In this document: positions 63,001 through 64,000 of the stretch, piece by piece
Position numbering within the stretch: the stretch's first letter is position 1
Layout: every line of letters starts with the position of its first letter
NCBI GenBank assembly: GCA_973895155.1
Contig: OZ316896.1
Span: forward strand, 22,277,722 to 22,341,721
DNA length: 64,000 nucleotides
DNA from: Marsupella aquatica
Lineage: Eukaryota > Plantae > Marchantiophyta
Direction of reading: 5' to 3'
Program-made: the position numbers and the translations under genes
The notes under the pieces: model-generated
Database searches by the model: none
What the model was told of the DNA's origin: nothing
What the model saw: only the letters and a program-made list of their open reading frames with translations

Positions 63001-64000
63001 TAGCAGAAAGGTAATTCTGTGTATGAAAGAGTTGAGAAGTAGAAAGGATGCAAGATATGAGCAATGTGCCGGAACAGAGGTCTATTTGTCGCTGTGTGCA
63101 GATTATGTTGACATTTTTGCCAACAAAACACTTACTCTGAGGGAAAAAGTGGTTCTTTGTGGAAAAGTTTCATTTTTATTGAGATTGTGGCGATTATGGG
63201 TGTTCTATGGAAATCACCAAGTAGGGGGTAACAGACAGCAGATTACTATGAGCAATATGGTCTCTATGCAAACATTCTTGGATGTTCAAATGTCATTGCA
63301 CTTTGCAGTGCTTCTCATTATCCAATTTTGAGATCATTTCCCTGGTTTACCTATCCCTTTGCATTTAACCGACTCAGATAGTTGTGAGCAATTTTTCTCC
63401 AAAGTGGGGGGAATGAAAGGAACATAACGCTGTTATGATGTGGCTGAATTGGTAGATTGCGCCACATCATTAAACCGCTTAGCAGAAATGGATTTAACTG
63501 ATGGAATCCATGGTATTGGGAAGAGTCATAAAAAACATAAAAATATTTGGATGAAAATACATTTTTCAGAGGGATATCAAGATGCAGATTTCACAGATTA
63601 TAGTGGCATCAATACCAATGATGAGATAGTGATAGCATTGAAAGAAGGTTTTTCTTTGGCCCAAGATGCAGCTACTCTAGTTCAAATGAACCCCTCCACA
63701 TCATGCAGAAATTGTCTGTGGTGGACATCACCTTGGGCAGTAGAGGCAAAGGGAAGGGACCAAGGAGGTTGGTGTGACATTATAGTGGAGACTTTGCCTG
63801 TGGAAGACCAACCTGAATCAGAGCAGCAGCCACATCTTGTGGTGGGCTCCTCTGCTGCTGTTATTACAGAGGATATAGTTGAAGGAGATGGGGTGGTGGA
63901 TGAAGTTATTGCCCAAGGAGAACTCCAGGGAACTATCCGTGAATTGTGTGCTGAGTTGAATGAAGGTCCAGTAGTTCTTGGACAACCCAAATGGGTTCCC
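60092..64000 (+). pseudogene. Decayed DDE transposase with P-element-superfamily-like signature, running off the window end
   Basis: Fragments 60092-60310, 60485-61015, 60966-61436, 61412-62146 and 62162-63331, continuing past further stops. Two C2H2-like fingers (CLEC..HLITNKH; CYYC..HCASSKH), LAEDETCV, GHASDGD, QDYIHNAKKLIN, RQNWTSAQRICS, and LTDSDSCEQFFSKVGG at about 63365-63412. Confidence 0.75.

Overview
Transposon-rich eukaryotic nuclear DNA, most likely from a non-seed land plant. The moss-like PLS-PPR repeats, Bianca-type copia element, spliceosomal introns and CT microsatellite support this, but the species cannot be named. From left to right the window holds: a decayed Ty1/copia (Bianca-like) element; a locally duplicated unit carrying an intronless fungal-type DUF4419 gene (one intact copy, one frameshifted, one remnant); and a truncated canonical Helitron. 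Next is a 13-kb Helentron/Helitron2 (HLE2)-like insertion (23172-36210) whose flanks rejoin into the empty site seen in sister repeat units. It carries PPR, RFC and chromodomain fragments, a RepHel ORF with two nonsense codons, and an intact 3-exon accessory gene that the ORF track splits. A 1.5-kb non-autonomous relative follows it. Further right are an orphan 654-codon membrane-protein ORF with an internal duplication, a spliced alpha/beta-hydrolase + U-box gene, a truncated RLE-type non-LTR retroelement, MITE/foldback elements with a nested tRNA-derived SINE, and a decayed P-element-like DDE transposase. All family assignments come from motif recognition by eye; no database searches were run.
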